From: Chloroflexota bacterium
GTDB taxonomy: Bacteria > Chloroflexota > Dehalococcoidia > Lucifugimonadales > GCA-002723415
Assembly: GCA_002721445.1 (NCBI GenBank)
Contig: PBKN01000014.1
Span: 12,988-76,987 of the forward strand
Reading direction: 5' to 3'
Length of the DNA: 64,000 bases
Shown here: piece after piece, positions 40,601 through 50,215 of the stretch
How positions within the stretch are numbered: the stretch's first letter is position 1
Layout of the letters: each line of letters begins with the position of its first letter
Program-made: the position numbers and the translations under genes
Notes under the pieces: model-generated
What the model was told of the DNA's origin: nothing
Database searches by the model: none
The model's input: the letters and a program-made list of their open reading frames with translations, nothing else

Positions 40601-41253
40601 ATTAAGATGTCCTGAGCATAAGAATCCTCTTTATTTACATAATGACAATCATTAGTTGCAACTAAAGGTATATCCATTTCAGAGCTCAGTTCAATTAACT
40701 TTTGATTAATTTTATCTAGATTATCAACATTTGCATGATCCATTAATTCGAAATAATAATTTTGAAAATTGTTTTTGTACCAATGAGCTGTATTTCTTGC
40801 TTCATCCAATCTATTTTCAACAATTAATGTTGAAACCTCACTACTCGGACATCCTGATAAAACAATTAAACCTTCAGAATAATTTTCTAATAATTCTCTA
40901 TCTACTCGAGGTTTATAATAAAAGCCTTCTAAATGAGAAAGAGAAACAAGTTTAACTAAATTTTGATAACCTGTTATATTCTTTGCTAATACCGTTAAAT
41001 GATAAGGCTTTTTATATTGAGGTTTTTTTTCATGCCTACTATTCTGAGCAACATACATCTCGCACCCTATAATAGGTTTAATACCTGCTGACACAGCTGA
41101 TTTATAAAAATCAATTGCACCATATAAAACACCGTGGTCTGTGATTGCTAAGCTATCCATTCCTAATTCTTTAGCTTTTGCAATCATTTGATCGATACGA
41201 GATAATCCATCTAACATACTATTTTCAGTATGAACATGTAAATGTGTAAACAA
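37663..41253 (-). CDS. dnaE: DNA polymerase III alpha subunit
   Basis: 1196 aa with a TTG start. Has the PHP domain HLHVHTENSMLDG, followed by the palm/fingers, HhH and OB regions in the canonical order. Confidence 0.97.
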   Translation of the reverse strand: MFTHLHVHTENSMLDGLSRIDQMIAKAKELGMDSLAITDHGVLYGAIDFYKSAVSAGIKPIIGCEMYVAQNSRHEKKPQYKKPYHLTVLAKNITGYQNLVKLVSLSHLEGFYYKPRVDRELLENYSEGLIVLSGCPSSEVSTLIVENRLDEARNTAHWYKNNFQNYYFELMDHANVDNLDKINQKLIELSSEMDIPLVATNDCHYVNKEDSYAQDILICIHTNTNILDEKRMKMDDDSYYLKSHDEMSEMYDKYPEAIANTQKIAEMCDLEIDFDQMHLPEFEVPNGLNADEYLNQICFSALKTFNLENDHHKSRLEYELEVIKQTSFANYFLVVWDIAKFVRDNHIFFAVRGSAAASLTLYCLGVTDINPLDYNLVFERFLNLERKDMPDIDMDFQDDRREEVLNYVVEKYGSDHVAQIITFGTMGAKAAIRDVGRALAIPYSDVDVIAKYIPNRLNISITESLSESSELSYSYQSDSKVKNLIDTAISLEGLKRHSSTHAAGVLISKKELDKLIPLQRPTKDTEHKVAMTQFAMDPIASLGLLKMDFLGLSNLTILSNVQKQISIEKNIDIKLQDIPLYDKPTFDLLGNGETAGVFQLEGSGMTRYIKELKPTSLGDIAAMIALYRPGPMEHIDTFISAKHGHIEPEYPHEALKEILEETYGVIVFQDQVLLIAQAFAGYTLGEADIVRKAMGKKIPGIMATEREKFIGGALSHGYSNELAEKIFDLIEPFAGYAFNKAHSVSYGLISYWTAYMKANYTVEYMVALLNAYIDNMDRVRSAIVECRRLGIKVLPPDINFSNSKFSIFRTSEDKQGIRFGLSAIKNVGDLAIDSFLIARNKYGKFGSLEEMCREGDMSGINRKNLESLIKSGSMDEFGHRGALLDSIDRILSLAQSELKLKNSNQSSMFDLFGESVSVPLSKIDLPLSTISDHEQLLWEVEMLGISLSSKNPLNLLINKADSEMIVFLNQISDIPQGKKVNLAGQISSVIHRRTKNDKPFLIVSLALLDGSIDVFVWEELMSESMSFWTVGNLVNILGTLKFRNEDVTLHATFVSRYNLEDDSSSSLEDNDFVSVEPLFEPTINPETILGVNTIKGIGKQNGNHLSKIEDKQEMKKLNITLIETDSVKNDEDRFNEVKDLLLGHNGDDEVILKIISGQEIIKMSWPMMKINISDNLKNNLENILGDKGSIKVENIN

Positions 41254-41385
41254 ATGACCCCTGCTTCAAATTTTTTACTGATAATTAATTCATAATTTTT
41301 TTAATATACATTAATGAATAATACACTTATAATTTATAAAAAAACACAAATTTTAATACCAAATAAACTAAATATAAAGCACACC

Positions 41386-41425
41386 AAAAAAAAAAGGGAC
41401 TAACATTTAATGTTAGTCCCTTTTT
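41386..41425 (-). terminator. rho-independent terminator downstream of groEL (potentially bidirectional)
   Basis: Perfect 12-bp stem AGGGACTAACAT / ATGTTAGTCCCT (41395-41421) with a 3-nt loop. It is flanked by a 10-A run on the plus strand (a U-run for the minus-strand transcript) and by TTTT on the other side. Confidence 0.85.
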
Positions 41426-41437
41426 ATAAGTATTAAA

Positions 41438-43063
<1,626 letters not shown>

Positions 43064-43093
43064 CTATTTTTCGTTTATTAAAGAACTTAAAAT

Positions 43094-43399
43094 CTATTTA
43101 ACAAAAAGAATATCGTCTTCTCTCAAAACAAGATATTCAATTTCACCAACTTTATATTCTGTACCAGCATATTTCGAATACACTACGCTGTCACCAACTT
43201 TAAGTTCCATAGGTATTCTTTTACCATCATCAGTTATTTTGCCTGGTCCAACTGCTACTATAGTACCATCTTGCGGTTTTTCTTTTGCAGTATCTGGAAT
43301 ATATATTCCACCAGAACTCATTTGTTCTTCTGTATCAGACGGTTCTATAACCACCCTATTACCTAGGGGTTTGAATGAGATTTTGGCTTTTGTAGCCAT
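43094..43399 (-). CDS. groS: co-chaperonin GroES
   Basis: I use ATG 43399 (MATKAKISFKPLGNRVV), which has GGGAGGA upstream and gives 101 aa. The ORF-track start at 43468 adds 23 non-homologous residues that run through the operator. Confidence 0.95.
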   Translation of the reverse strand: MATKAKISFKPLGNRVVIEPSDTEEQMSSGGIYIPDTAKEKPQDGTIVAVGPGKITDDGKRIPMELKVGDSVVYSKYAGTEYKVGEIEYLVLREDDILFVK

Positions 43400-43448
43400 T
43401 AAACTATCCTCCCGATTTTCATAAATTTTGTTTATATAAAAAATAAAA

Positions 43449-43475
43449 CTAGCAGACAAAGTCTGCATCTGCTAA
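43449..43475 (-). promoter_or_regulatory. CIRCE-like inverted repeat (putative HrcA operator) of groESL
   Basis: The minus strand reads TTAGCAGAT-N9-GTCTGCTAG, against the CIRCE consensus TTAGCACTC-N9-GAGTGCTAA. The outer TTAGCA/TGCTA and the 9-nt spacer are kept. It begins 3 nt after the -10 box. Confidence 0.6.
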
Positions 43476-43478
43476 TAA

Positions 43479-43507
43479 ATTGTAAATTACTTAAATAAAT
43501 TTGTCAA
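43479..43507 (-). promoter_or_regulatory. near-consensus sigma-70 promoter of groESL
   Basis: The minus strand has TTGACA (43507-43502), a 17-nt spacer, then TACAAT (43484-43479). Confidence 0.7.
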
Positions 43508-43527
43508 CGAATAAGAATTTAAGCTTA

Positions 43528-43556
43528 TTGACTTGGGAAAAATATCTTAATATGAT
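43528..43556 (+). promoter_or_regulatory. near-consensus sigma-70 promoter directly abutting the UbiA-family gene
   Basis: TTGACT (43528-43533), a 17-nt spacer, then TATGAT (43551-43556). The ATG at 43563 lies 7 nt after the -10 box and has no Shine-Dalgarno sequence. Confidence 0.55.
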
Positions 43557-43562
43557 CTCGTA

Positions 43563-44480
43563 ATGGTAAATCAAACTAATCACCTTTTAAAAAATTTAAT
43601 CCTATCGTGTAGACCAAAACAATGGACTAAGAATCTATTAGTTTTCTTAGCTCTTTTCTTTTCTTTAAATGAAGCATGGGAGATTTCAAATCCAGATGAA
43701 TTAGTATTACTATTAAGTAATACAATTATAAGTTTTTTAATATTCTGTTTTTTAAGCTCAAGCGTTTATTTAATAAATGATTCTATAGATAAAAATAAAG
43801 ATATTTTACATCCTCAAAAGTTTAAAAGACCTATAGCTTCCGGCCATATATCTATAAAAACAGCAATTATAACTAGTATTATTTTATGCATACCATCTAT
43901 AATCTCAGCATTTTTTTTAAATAAAAACTTTGCAATTATATCGATGACCTATTTTTCAATAATGATTTTTTATTCTATCATTTTAAAAAAATTTATAATT
44001 TTAGATGTTTTAATTATTAGCTTAGGATTTGTTTTAAGAACAATTTCTGGCGCTATTGTAATTGATGTGCCAATATCAAATTGGTTATATATATGTACAG
44101 GAATTGGAGCTCTTTTTATTGCTTTATCAAAACGAAGGAGTGAATTAGATTCAGGAGGAGAAAATATAACTAAACAAAGACAAACTCTTCAGAAATACAA
44201 CACTCGACAATTAGATATTTCAATGTTAATTTGTGGAGTTTTAGTATTAATTTCTTACATACTATATACAATTCAAGCTACTAATTTACCATATAATAAT
44301 AGTATGCTTATTACAGTACCTTTTGTATTCTTAGGATTAATAAGATATTCTTATTTAACAATTTATAAAAAACTAGGGCAGGCTCCAGAAAATATAATTA
44401 CATCAGACATTGTTCTTATATCTATAATAATATTATGGCTCGTAACTTCTTCAGGAGTTCTATACATTTTTAGAAATTAA
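43563..44480 (+). CDS. UbiA-family prenyltransferase (decaprenyl-phosphate phosphoribosyltransferase-like)
   Basis: 305 aa with about 8-9 helices. Has the first Asp-rich motif NDSIDKNKD (N-D-x-x-D-x-x-x-D) and an N-terminal RPKQWTKN typical of the DPPR-synthase-like branch. Confidence 0.75.
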   Translation: MVNQTNHLLKNLILSCRPKQWTKNLLVFLALFFSLNEAWEISNPDELVLLLSNTIISFLIFCFLSSSVYLINDSIDKNKDILHPQKFKRPIASGHISIKTAIITSIILCIPSIISAFFLNKNFAIISMTYFSIMIFYSIILKKFIILDVLIISLGFVLRTISGAIVIDVPISNWLYICTGIGALFIALSKRRSELDSGGENITKQRQTLQKYNTRQLDISMLICGVLVLISYILYTIQATNLPYNNSMLITVPFVFLGLIRYSYLTIYKKLGQAPENIITSDIVLISIIILWLVTSSGVLYIFRN

Positions 44481-44520
44481 TTGAATATAAAATTATCTAA
44501 ATATTATAAAAAGGTTAAAT

Positions 44521-46542
44521 ATGTCCCCACCAATCCAAATTTTTGACATACCAACTTGGATAGGAGTCTACCTTTTAACTCTTCTCGCATTCAGCATATC
44601 TGGGTCAATTATTTATTATCGCTTCATACGTATTGTGTTAAAGGGGAAACCAATTAATATTTATCCAAATTTAAGAAACAGATTATTTGGTTCTTTAAAT
44701 TTAATTTTCGGCCAAAAAAAAGTTTTGCAAAGCGTATCTATAAAAAAAGACCTTGCAGGAATTGCTCATTTCTTTATTTTCTGGGGATTTTTATCCTTTT
44801 TATTAAGCTACATTTTATTTATATACGCTGATTCATTAATACCAAATTTTTCTTCAAAAATATTATCCGCAACTGGAGTTAAAATATTCCAGTGGTATTT
44901 AGATATAATTTCTGTTTTATTTATAATTACAATAATATGGGGAATTTATAGAAGGTGGGGAATAAAACCTAACAGGCTATCATTTGACATAACTCAAAAA
45001 TTAGAATCCGCATTAATACTAATATTAATTCTTATATTAATGTTGACTTCTTTGCTTTCAGAAGGTTTTTATTATGCTGCAAATAATACAAATAACACTC
45101 CTCCATTTGCATATATATTAAGTAAAATTATATTGAGTTTCGAATTAAGTTCAGTAAAATATTTAGATATTTATGCGGTAATATGGTGGGTTCATTTAAT
45201 TATAATATTATGCTTTTCTATATATATTCCAATATCTAAACACCTACATATTATAGCTGCACCTATAAACCTTTTTATAAGACCTATGGAAAACCCAGGA
45301 ACTTTATCAACTCCAGTTGACCTATTAAATCAAGATACTTTTGGAGCAAACAAATTAGAAGATTTTAATAGAAAAGAATTATTAGATGGCTATGCTTGTG
45401 CAGTTTGTGGAAGATGCACAGATGTATGCCCTGCTAATATAACAAATAAAATTCTTTCTCCTATGCATCTTATTAATAATATGAAAGATAAAATTATTGA
45501 AGATGTCGTAAGTAAAAAAGACAAAAATTCAAACTTGATAGGAGAAACTATACCAGAAGAAAGTTTATGGGATTGTTTAACATGTGGAGCATGTGTCCAA
45601 GAGTGCCCAGTAGGAATAACTCACATAGATACAATAGTAGATATGCGTAGGAACCTTGTAATGGAACAGGCAAAAGTTCCTGAAACTGCAATGAATGCTT
45701 TGATAAATATTGAACAGCGTGGACACCCTTGGAAAGGGACAACATTTACGCGTACCGACTGGGCAGAAGGGCTTAATGTTAAAAGATTAAAAGATTATCC
45801 AGAAACAAAGACACTTTTATGGGTAGGCTGTACTTCAGCACTTGAAGAACGAAGTCAAAAAATTGCTCAATCAATGGTATCTATATTAAATCACGCAAAT
45901 ATAGACTTTGCTATTCTAGGTGAAGAAGAAACATGTTCTGGGGATCCTGCTCGTCGTCTTGGAAATGAATACTTATACCAAACACTTGCACAAAAAAATA
46001 TAAACACTATAAATAAATATTCTCTAGACACTATACTTACTATGTGTCCTCATTGTTTTAATGTAATAAAAAATGAATATCCTCATCTAGGAGGAAACTA
46101 TAATGTTTTACATTATACAGAATATATTGATACTCTATTTCAAGAAAAAAAACTCAAACTATTAACTAAAATGGAAACAAGTATTACTTACCATGATTCA
46201 TGTTATTTAGGTAGGCATAATAAAATCTATGATCCTCCTAGAAATATTATTAATTCAATACCTAATAGTAATTTAATTGAAATGAAAAGATGTAAAGATA
46301 AAGGATTTTGCTGTGGCGCAGGAGGCGGGCACATGTGGTTAGAAGAAAGCAACAATCAAAAAATCAATCATGTAAGAGGTAAAGAATCTATAGAAACTGG
46401 AGCCGATACAGTTGCAGTTTCATGTCCATTTTGCTTGCAAATGTTTGAAGAAGCAATACAATCAAATAACCCTAAATCTAACTTTGAAGCTAAAGATTTA
46501 TTAGAAATAATTGACGAAAACATTGATAGAAATAAAATTTAA
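44521..46542 (+). CDS. membrane-anchored HdrD/DsrK-like (Fe-S)-binding CCG-domain oxidoreductase
   Basis: 673 aa. It has an N-terminal multi-helix membrane domain and two 4Fe-4S ferredoxin motifs (CAVCGRCTDVCP, CLTCGACVQECP). Two Cys-rich CCG-type domains follow, with GFCCGAGGG in the second. Confidence 0.8.
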   Translation: MSPPIQIFDIPTWIGVYLLTLLAFSISGSIIYYRFIRIVLKGKPINIYPNLRNRLFGSLNLIFGQKKVLQSVSIKKDLAGIAHFFIFWGFLSFLLSYILFIYADSLIPNFSSKILSATGVKIFQWYLDIISVLFIITIIWGIYRRWGIKPNRLSFDITQKLESALILILILILMLTSLLSEGFYYAANNTNNTPPFAYILSKIILSFELSSVKYLDIYAVIWWVHLIIILCFSIYIPISKHLHIIAAPINLFIRPMENPGTLSTPVDLLNQDTFGANKLEDFNRKELLDGYACAVCGRCTDVCPANITNKILSPMHLINNMKDKIIEDVVSKKDKNSNLIGETIPEESLWDCLTCGACVQECPVGITHIDTIVDMRRNLVMEQAKVPETAMNALINIEQRGHPWKGTTFTRTDWAEGLNVKRLKDYPETKTLLWVGCTSALEERSQKIAQSMVSILNHANIDFAILGEEETCSGDPARRLGNEYLYQTLAQKNINTINKYSLDTILTMCPHCFNVIKNEYPHLGGNYNVLHYTEYIDTLFQEKKLKLLTKMETSITYHDSCYLGRHNKIYDPPRNIINSIPNSNLIEMKRCKDKGFCCGAGGGHMWLEESNNQKINHVRGKESIETGADTVAVSCPFCLQMFEEAIQSNNPKSNFEAKDLLEIIDENIDRNKI

Positions 46543-47384
46543 AATTTAAAAAAAGATTTTATATCATCTATGAATTCTTCATTTTTCATAGATTGATGAA
46601 TAGAAGCTTTTAACAAACCTAAAGGTGTCCCAACATCAAAATGTACTTCAGGAAATTGATATCCTAAAACTCCTATATCTTTTATTAATGAATCAATTGC
46701 ATCTGTAAGTTGAATTTCTCCATTAATGCCTAAATTTGTTTTTTCTAAGGTCTCAAATATTTCGTAATGTAGAATATATCTTCCAATAATGGCTAAATCT
46801 GAAGGTGCGTCTTCAATTTTAGGTTTCTCAACCATATTTAAAATTTCATAAACTTTTGATTCAATCCTTTTTGCGTCTACAACTCCTAAATTAGGCAACA
46901 AAATACTTGGTACTTTCTTAATTGCAATTACTGATGATTTCTTTTGTGTATAAACTTTACTCATTTCAGAAATTATTGAATTATTTCCTAATATTAAATC
47001 ATCAGGAAGAATTACTCCAAAAGGTTCTCCATTAATAATATCTTTACATTGAAGAATAGCATCACCTAAACCACGAGGATTATCTTGGTATACTATATTT
47101 AGTGAAACATTATTATTTATATATGAAATTTCATCCATCTTTTGATTATAATTTGAATTTCTGTCAGATTTAAGCGAATTATTAAAATATTCTATTATTG
47201 CCTCTTGCCCTCTAGACATTACAATAATTACTTCTTTCATTCCTGCAATCATTGCTTCTTTTACTGCATAATGAATTGAAGGAGTATCAAAAATTGGTAT
47301 CATTGCTTTTGGAATAGATTTAGTAACTGGTAAAAACCTAGTCCCCAGTCCTGCTACAGGTATAATAACTTTAGTAATATCCAA
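46539..47384 (-). CDS. galU: UTP--glucose-1-phosphate uridylyltransferase
   Basis: 281 aa with a TTG start and GAGG upstream. Has PVAGLGTRFLPVTKSIPKAM. Confidence 0.88.
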   Translation of the reverse strand: MDITKVIIPVAGLGTRFLPVTKSIPKAMIPIFDTPSIHYAVKEAMIAGMKEVIIVMSRGQEAIIEYFNNSLKSDRNSNYNQKMDEISYINNNVSLNIVYQDNPRGLGDAILQCKDIINGEPFGVILPDDLILGNNSIISEMSKVYTQKKSSVIAIKKVPSILLPNLGVVDAKRIESKVYEILNMVEKPKIEDAPSDLAIIGRYILHYEIFETLEKTNLGINGEIQLTDAIDSLIKDIGVLGYQFPEVHFDVGTPLGLLKASIHQSMKNEEFIDDIKSFFKF

Positions 47385-47479
47385 TATAACCTCACATATT
47401 ATTGATTTATTATATAAAAAATATTACATTCAGTATATTACAAACAATTTTAATGAAATTAATGATATTATTATAAATT

Positions 47480-47752
47480 ATGATTAAAGTTAGCAATAAA
47501 GCAAAATCTGAATTATCTAATATAATTAATTCAAGAAAACTTAATCCAGATCAGTGTATTAGGTTATCAGTACCGCCTGCCTGGAAAGGAGAAGGAGATT
47601 TCGGTTTAGTTATAAGTAATTATGGAGTCTCTGATAGCATAATAGAATTCAATAATAAGAAAATATTACTTATAGATGCAGATTTAACAAACCAATTATC
47701 TAAATCAAATTTAGATTTTAAAGATGGAAGATTTACTTTAGATATATATTGA
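47480..47752 (+). CDS. small hypothetical protein, HesB/IscA-like layout without cysteine ligands
   Basis: 90 aa. The pattern I-x-V-S-x-x-A ... IRLSV ... F-x-L ... ILLIDADL ... LDF resembles the IscA/HesB fold order. The only Cys (DQCIRL) is not at the ligand positions and the C-terminal C-G-C motif is absent. Confidence 0.3.
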   Translation: MIKVSNKAKSELSNIINSRKLNPDQCIRLSVPPAWKGEGDFGLVISNYGVSDSIIEFNNKKILLIDADLTNQLSKSNLDFKDGRFTLDIY

Positions 47753-47791
47753 AACAAAAACACCTGCAAATATTTTAACAGGGGGAATTAT

Positions 47792-48973
47792 TTGAAGGAT
47801 ATAATAATAATTGGAGCAGGGCCAGCAGGTAACATTGTTGCAGAAAAAACGGCAGAAGCCGGATTAGATGTTCTCGTGTTAGATTGGAGACAAATTATTG
47901 GAGACAAATTATGCACAGGGATTATTGGGAAAGAATGTTTAGACAAATTCCCACCCAGAGAAGAAGATATATTCCACGAGGTTAAATCAGCTACATTAAT
48001 ATCTCCAAATAACAAAACATATAGAATTACACGAAGCAATACTCAAGCAGCTATATTAAATAGAGTTTCATATATACAATCTTTTGCAAATAAAGCTAAA
48101 AAATATGGTGCTAAATATGATTTAGAACATAGAGTTACAGAAATTAAGCAAAATACTGATCATATTAGCATTAAAGCTAAATATAAAGAGGTTTTAAAAA
48201 CTTATAAGTGTAAACTCCTTATCATTTCAAGTGGTTTTAATACACCTTTATTAAGAATGGTAGGTATAGAAACTCATAATAATAAATCTTTAATGGGTTC
48301 ACAAATTGAAGTAGAAGTAGAAAAACCACTTGAAACTCAAGTTTATTTTGGAAAAGAAATTTCTCCTGGATCTTTTGGTTGGTTAGTTCCTTTATCTAAA
48401 TCAAGAGCACTATTAGGAGTAATATCCAAAGAAAAAACCCAAGAAAATATAAAGTATTTTTTGAATAAATTAATTAATGAAGGAAAAATTCTAGATCTTA
48501 ATTACAATATTAAAAGCTGGGGAATACCAATTAGCCCAATAAATAAAACATATAAAAATCGAATTTTAATTACTGGTGATGCAGCCGGCTTAACAAAACC
48601 TACAACTGGTGGAGGAATATATTATTCATTATTATCTGGTCAATTAGCTGCAAAAACTTCGATTGAAGCTATAAAAAGTAACAACCTTTCGGAAAATAAA
48701 CTAAAAGAATACCAGTCAGCATGGAAAAACATTTTTGGTAAAGAAATTAGTATTAGCCATTATTCTAGATTGTTTTTTGAAACTTTAAATGATGAACAAA
48801 TAGAAAAAATCATTTCACTTGGATTTGAATTCCAAAAAGAACTGATCAACGAATCAGATTTTTCTTTTGATTGGCACAGTAAAGTTATTTTGAAAGCATT
48901 TAAAATTAAAAAAATGCGCGAATCATTAATGAAACTTGTTCCCATCATTCCATCAATATTATTAAAAAAATAA
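47792..48973 (+). CDS. geranylgeranyl-reductase-family FAD-dependent oxidoreductase
   Basis: 393 aa with a TTG start and GGGGGA upstream. Has IIIIGAGPAGN, DKLCTGII and TGDAAGLTKPTTGGGIYYS. Confidence 0.78.
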   Translation: MKDIIIIGAGPAGNIVAEKTAEAGLDVLVLDWRQIIGDKLCTGIIGKECLDKFPPREEDIFHEVKSATLISPNNKTYRITRSNTQAAILNRVSYIQSFANKAKKYGAKYDLEHRVTEIKQNTDHISIKAKYKEVLKTYKCKLLIISSGFNTPLLRMVGIETHNNKSLMGSQIEVEVEKPLETQVYFGKEISPGSFGWLVPLSKSRALLGVISKEKTQENIKYFLNKLINEGKILDLNYNIKSWGIPISPINKTYKNRILITGDAAGLTKPTTGGGIYYSLLSGQLAAKTSIEAIKSNNLSENKLKEYQSAWKNIFGKEISISHYSRLFFETLNDEQIEKIISLGFEFQKELINESDFSFDWHSKVILKAFKIKKMRESLMKLVPIIPSILLKK

Positions 48974-49017
48974 TTTGAAAGAATTGATAAATTTATTTAT
49001 TCAAAAAATATTCTAAT

Positions 49018-50211
49018 GTGTTCCCTGGTTGGTGGATAGTAATTAGCGGAGCAATTATATTTGCATATACATCAGGTACTTTTTGGCAAGGCTTTGGTGC
49101 ATTTTTTGACCCTATAGTTATACACTTTGGATGGAGTAGAGCAATAACATCAGGAGTTATATCTATACAAAGAACTGAATCTGGTATGATATCTCCATTC
49201 GTAGGATTTTTCATAAATAAATTCGGTCCTAGAAACGTAATGCTTATCGGAATAATTATTACTGGATTCGGATTTATTTTTTTAAGTAAAATTAACTCCA
49301 TAATAAGTTTTTATATTTCTTTTGCATTAATTAGTCTTGGAGTTTCTTTTGGCACTTGGATAGTAATTAACACCTCTATTACTAATTGGTTTAATAAAAA
49401 AAGAAGTAAAGCTTTAGCTTTTAGCTCTGCAGGATCCGCATTCGGAGGGTTATTTGTACCTATTATAATATGGTTAATTAATGTTACAGATTGGAGAACA
49501 AGTCTCCTGATTATAGGAATTGGATTTTGGATTATAGGTATTCCTGCAGCGTTTTTTATGAAGTCGAATCCTGAAGATTACGGATTGATGCCAGATGGCA
49601 AAAAAGATACTGATAAGTTAGATAAGCTTAATGCTTCATATAAAGAATATTCTTTATATGAAGCATTAACAAGCAGATTATTCTGGCAAATGAGTTTTGC
49701 ATTTGGAATAGGACAATTAGTCTTGTCAGCATCAGTTCATCAAATACCAGCGATTAGCTCATTTGGTTATTCAAGAGAATTTGCTGGAATAACAATGGTA
49801 ATAATATCTATAACGAGCTTATTAGGCAGATTAGGTGGAGGAATATTAGGAGACAAGTTCAATAAAATATATTTAATTTCAGTCGCATTCGCACTGCAAT
49901 TTATATCAACAATAATTTTTGTTTATGCTACTAACAAATTTTATCTAATAATATTTGCACTTTTATGGGGATTAGGTTTTGGGAGTTCAATCCCAATGAG
50001 ATTTGCAATAATTGCTGATTTCTTTGGGAGGAAAAATTTCGGCACTATAATGGGAATTAGTATGACCATAAATGCAATAGTTGGAATTGCCGGACCAGTA
50101 TTTGTAGGCTGGATGTTTGATATTAATCAAAATTATCAAACACCTTACTTAATTTTGTCTACATCCCTACTATGCGCAATACCCCTAACATTAAACTTAA
50201 AAGCTAAATAA
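49018..50211 (+). CDS. MFS transporter (oxalate/formate-antiporter-like)
   Basis: 397 aa with a GTG start and 12 hydrophobic segments in a 6+6 arrangement separated by a charged central loop. Confidence 0.75.
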   Translation: MFPGWWIVISGAIIFAYTSGTFWQGFGAFFDPIVIHFGWSRAITSGVISIQRTESGMISPFVGFFINKFGPRNVMLIGIIITGFGFIFLSKINSIISFYISFALISLGVSFGTWIVINTSITNWFNKKRSKALAFSSAGSAFGGLFVPIIIWLINVTDWRTSLLIIGIGFWIIGIPAAFFMKSNPEDYGLMPDGKKDTDKLDKLNASYKEYSLYEALTSRLFWQMSFAFGIGQLVLSASVHQIPAISSFGYSREFAGITMVIISITSLLGRLGGGILGDKFNKIYLISVAFALQFISTIIFVYATNKFYLIIFALLWGLGFGSSIPMRFAIIADFFGRKNFGTIMGISMTINAIVGIAGPVFVGWMFDINQNYQTPYLILSTSLLCAIPLTLNLKAK

Positions 50212-50215
50212 ATTA

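Noticed and set aside
47750-47794. The small HesB-like ORF and the geranylgeranyl reductase are in the same frame. They are separated by one TGA (47750-47752) and 13 sense codons, which would read ...LDIY-[TGA]-NKNTCKYFNRGNY-LKDIIIIGAGPAG. This raises possible readthrough or a second Sec site.
   Set aside because: The reductase has its own strong GGGGGA ribosome-binding site and starts exactly at the Rossmann motif, as the family normally does. The linker has no family context placing a Cys at the TGA. A short stop-free in-frame spacer is plausible by chance. It is worth a glance only if Sec machinery is confirmed.
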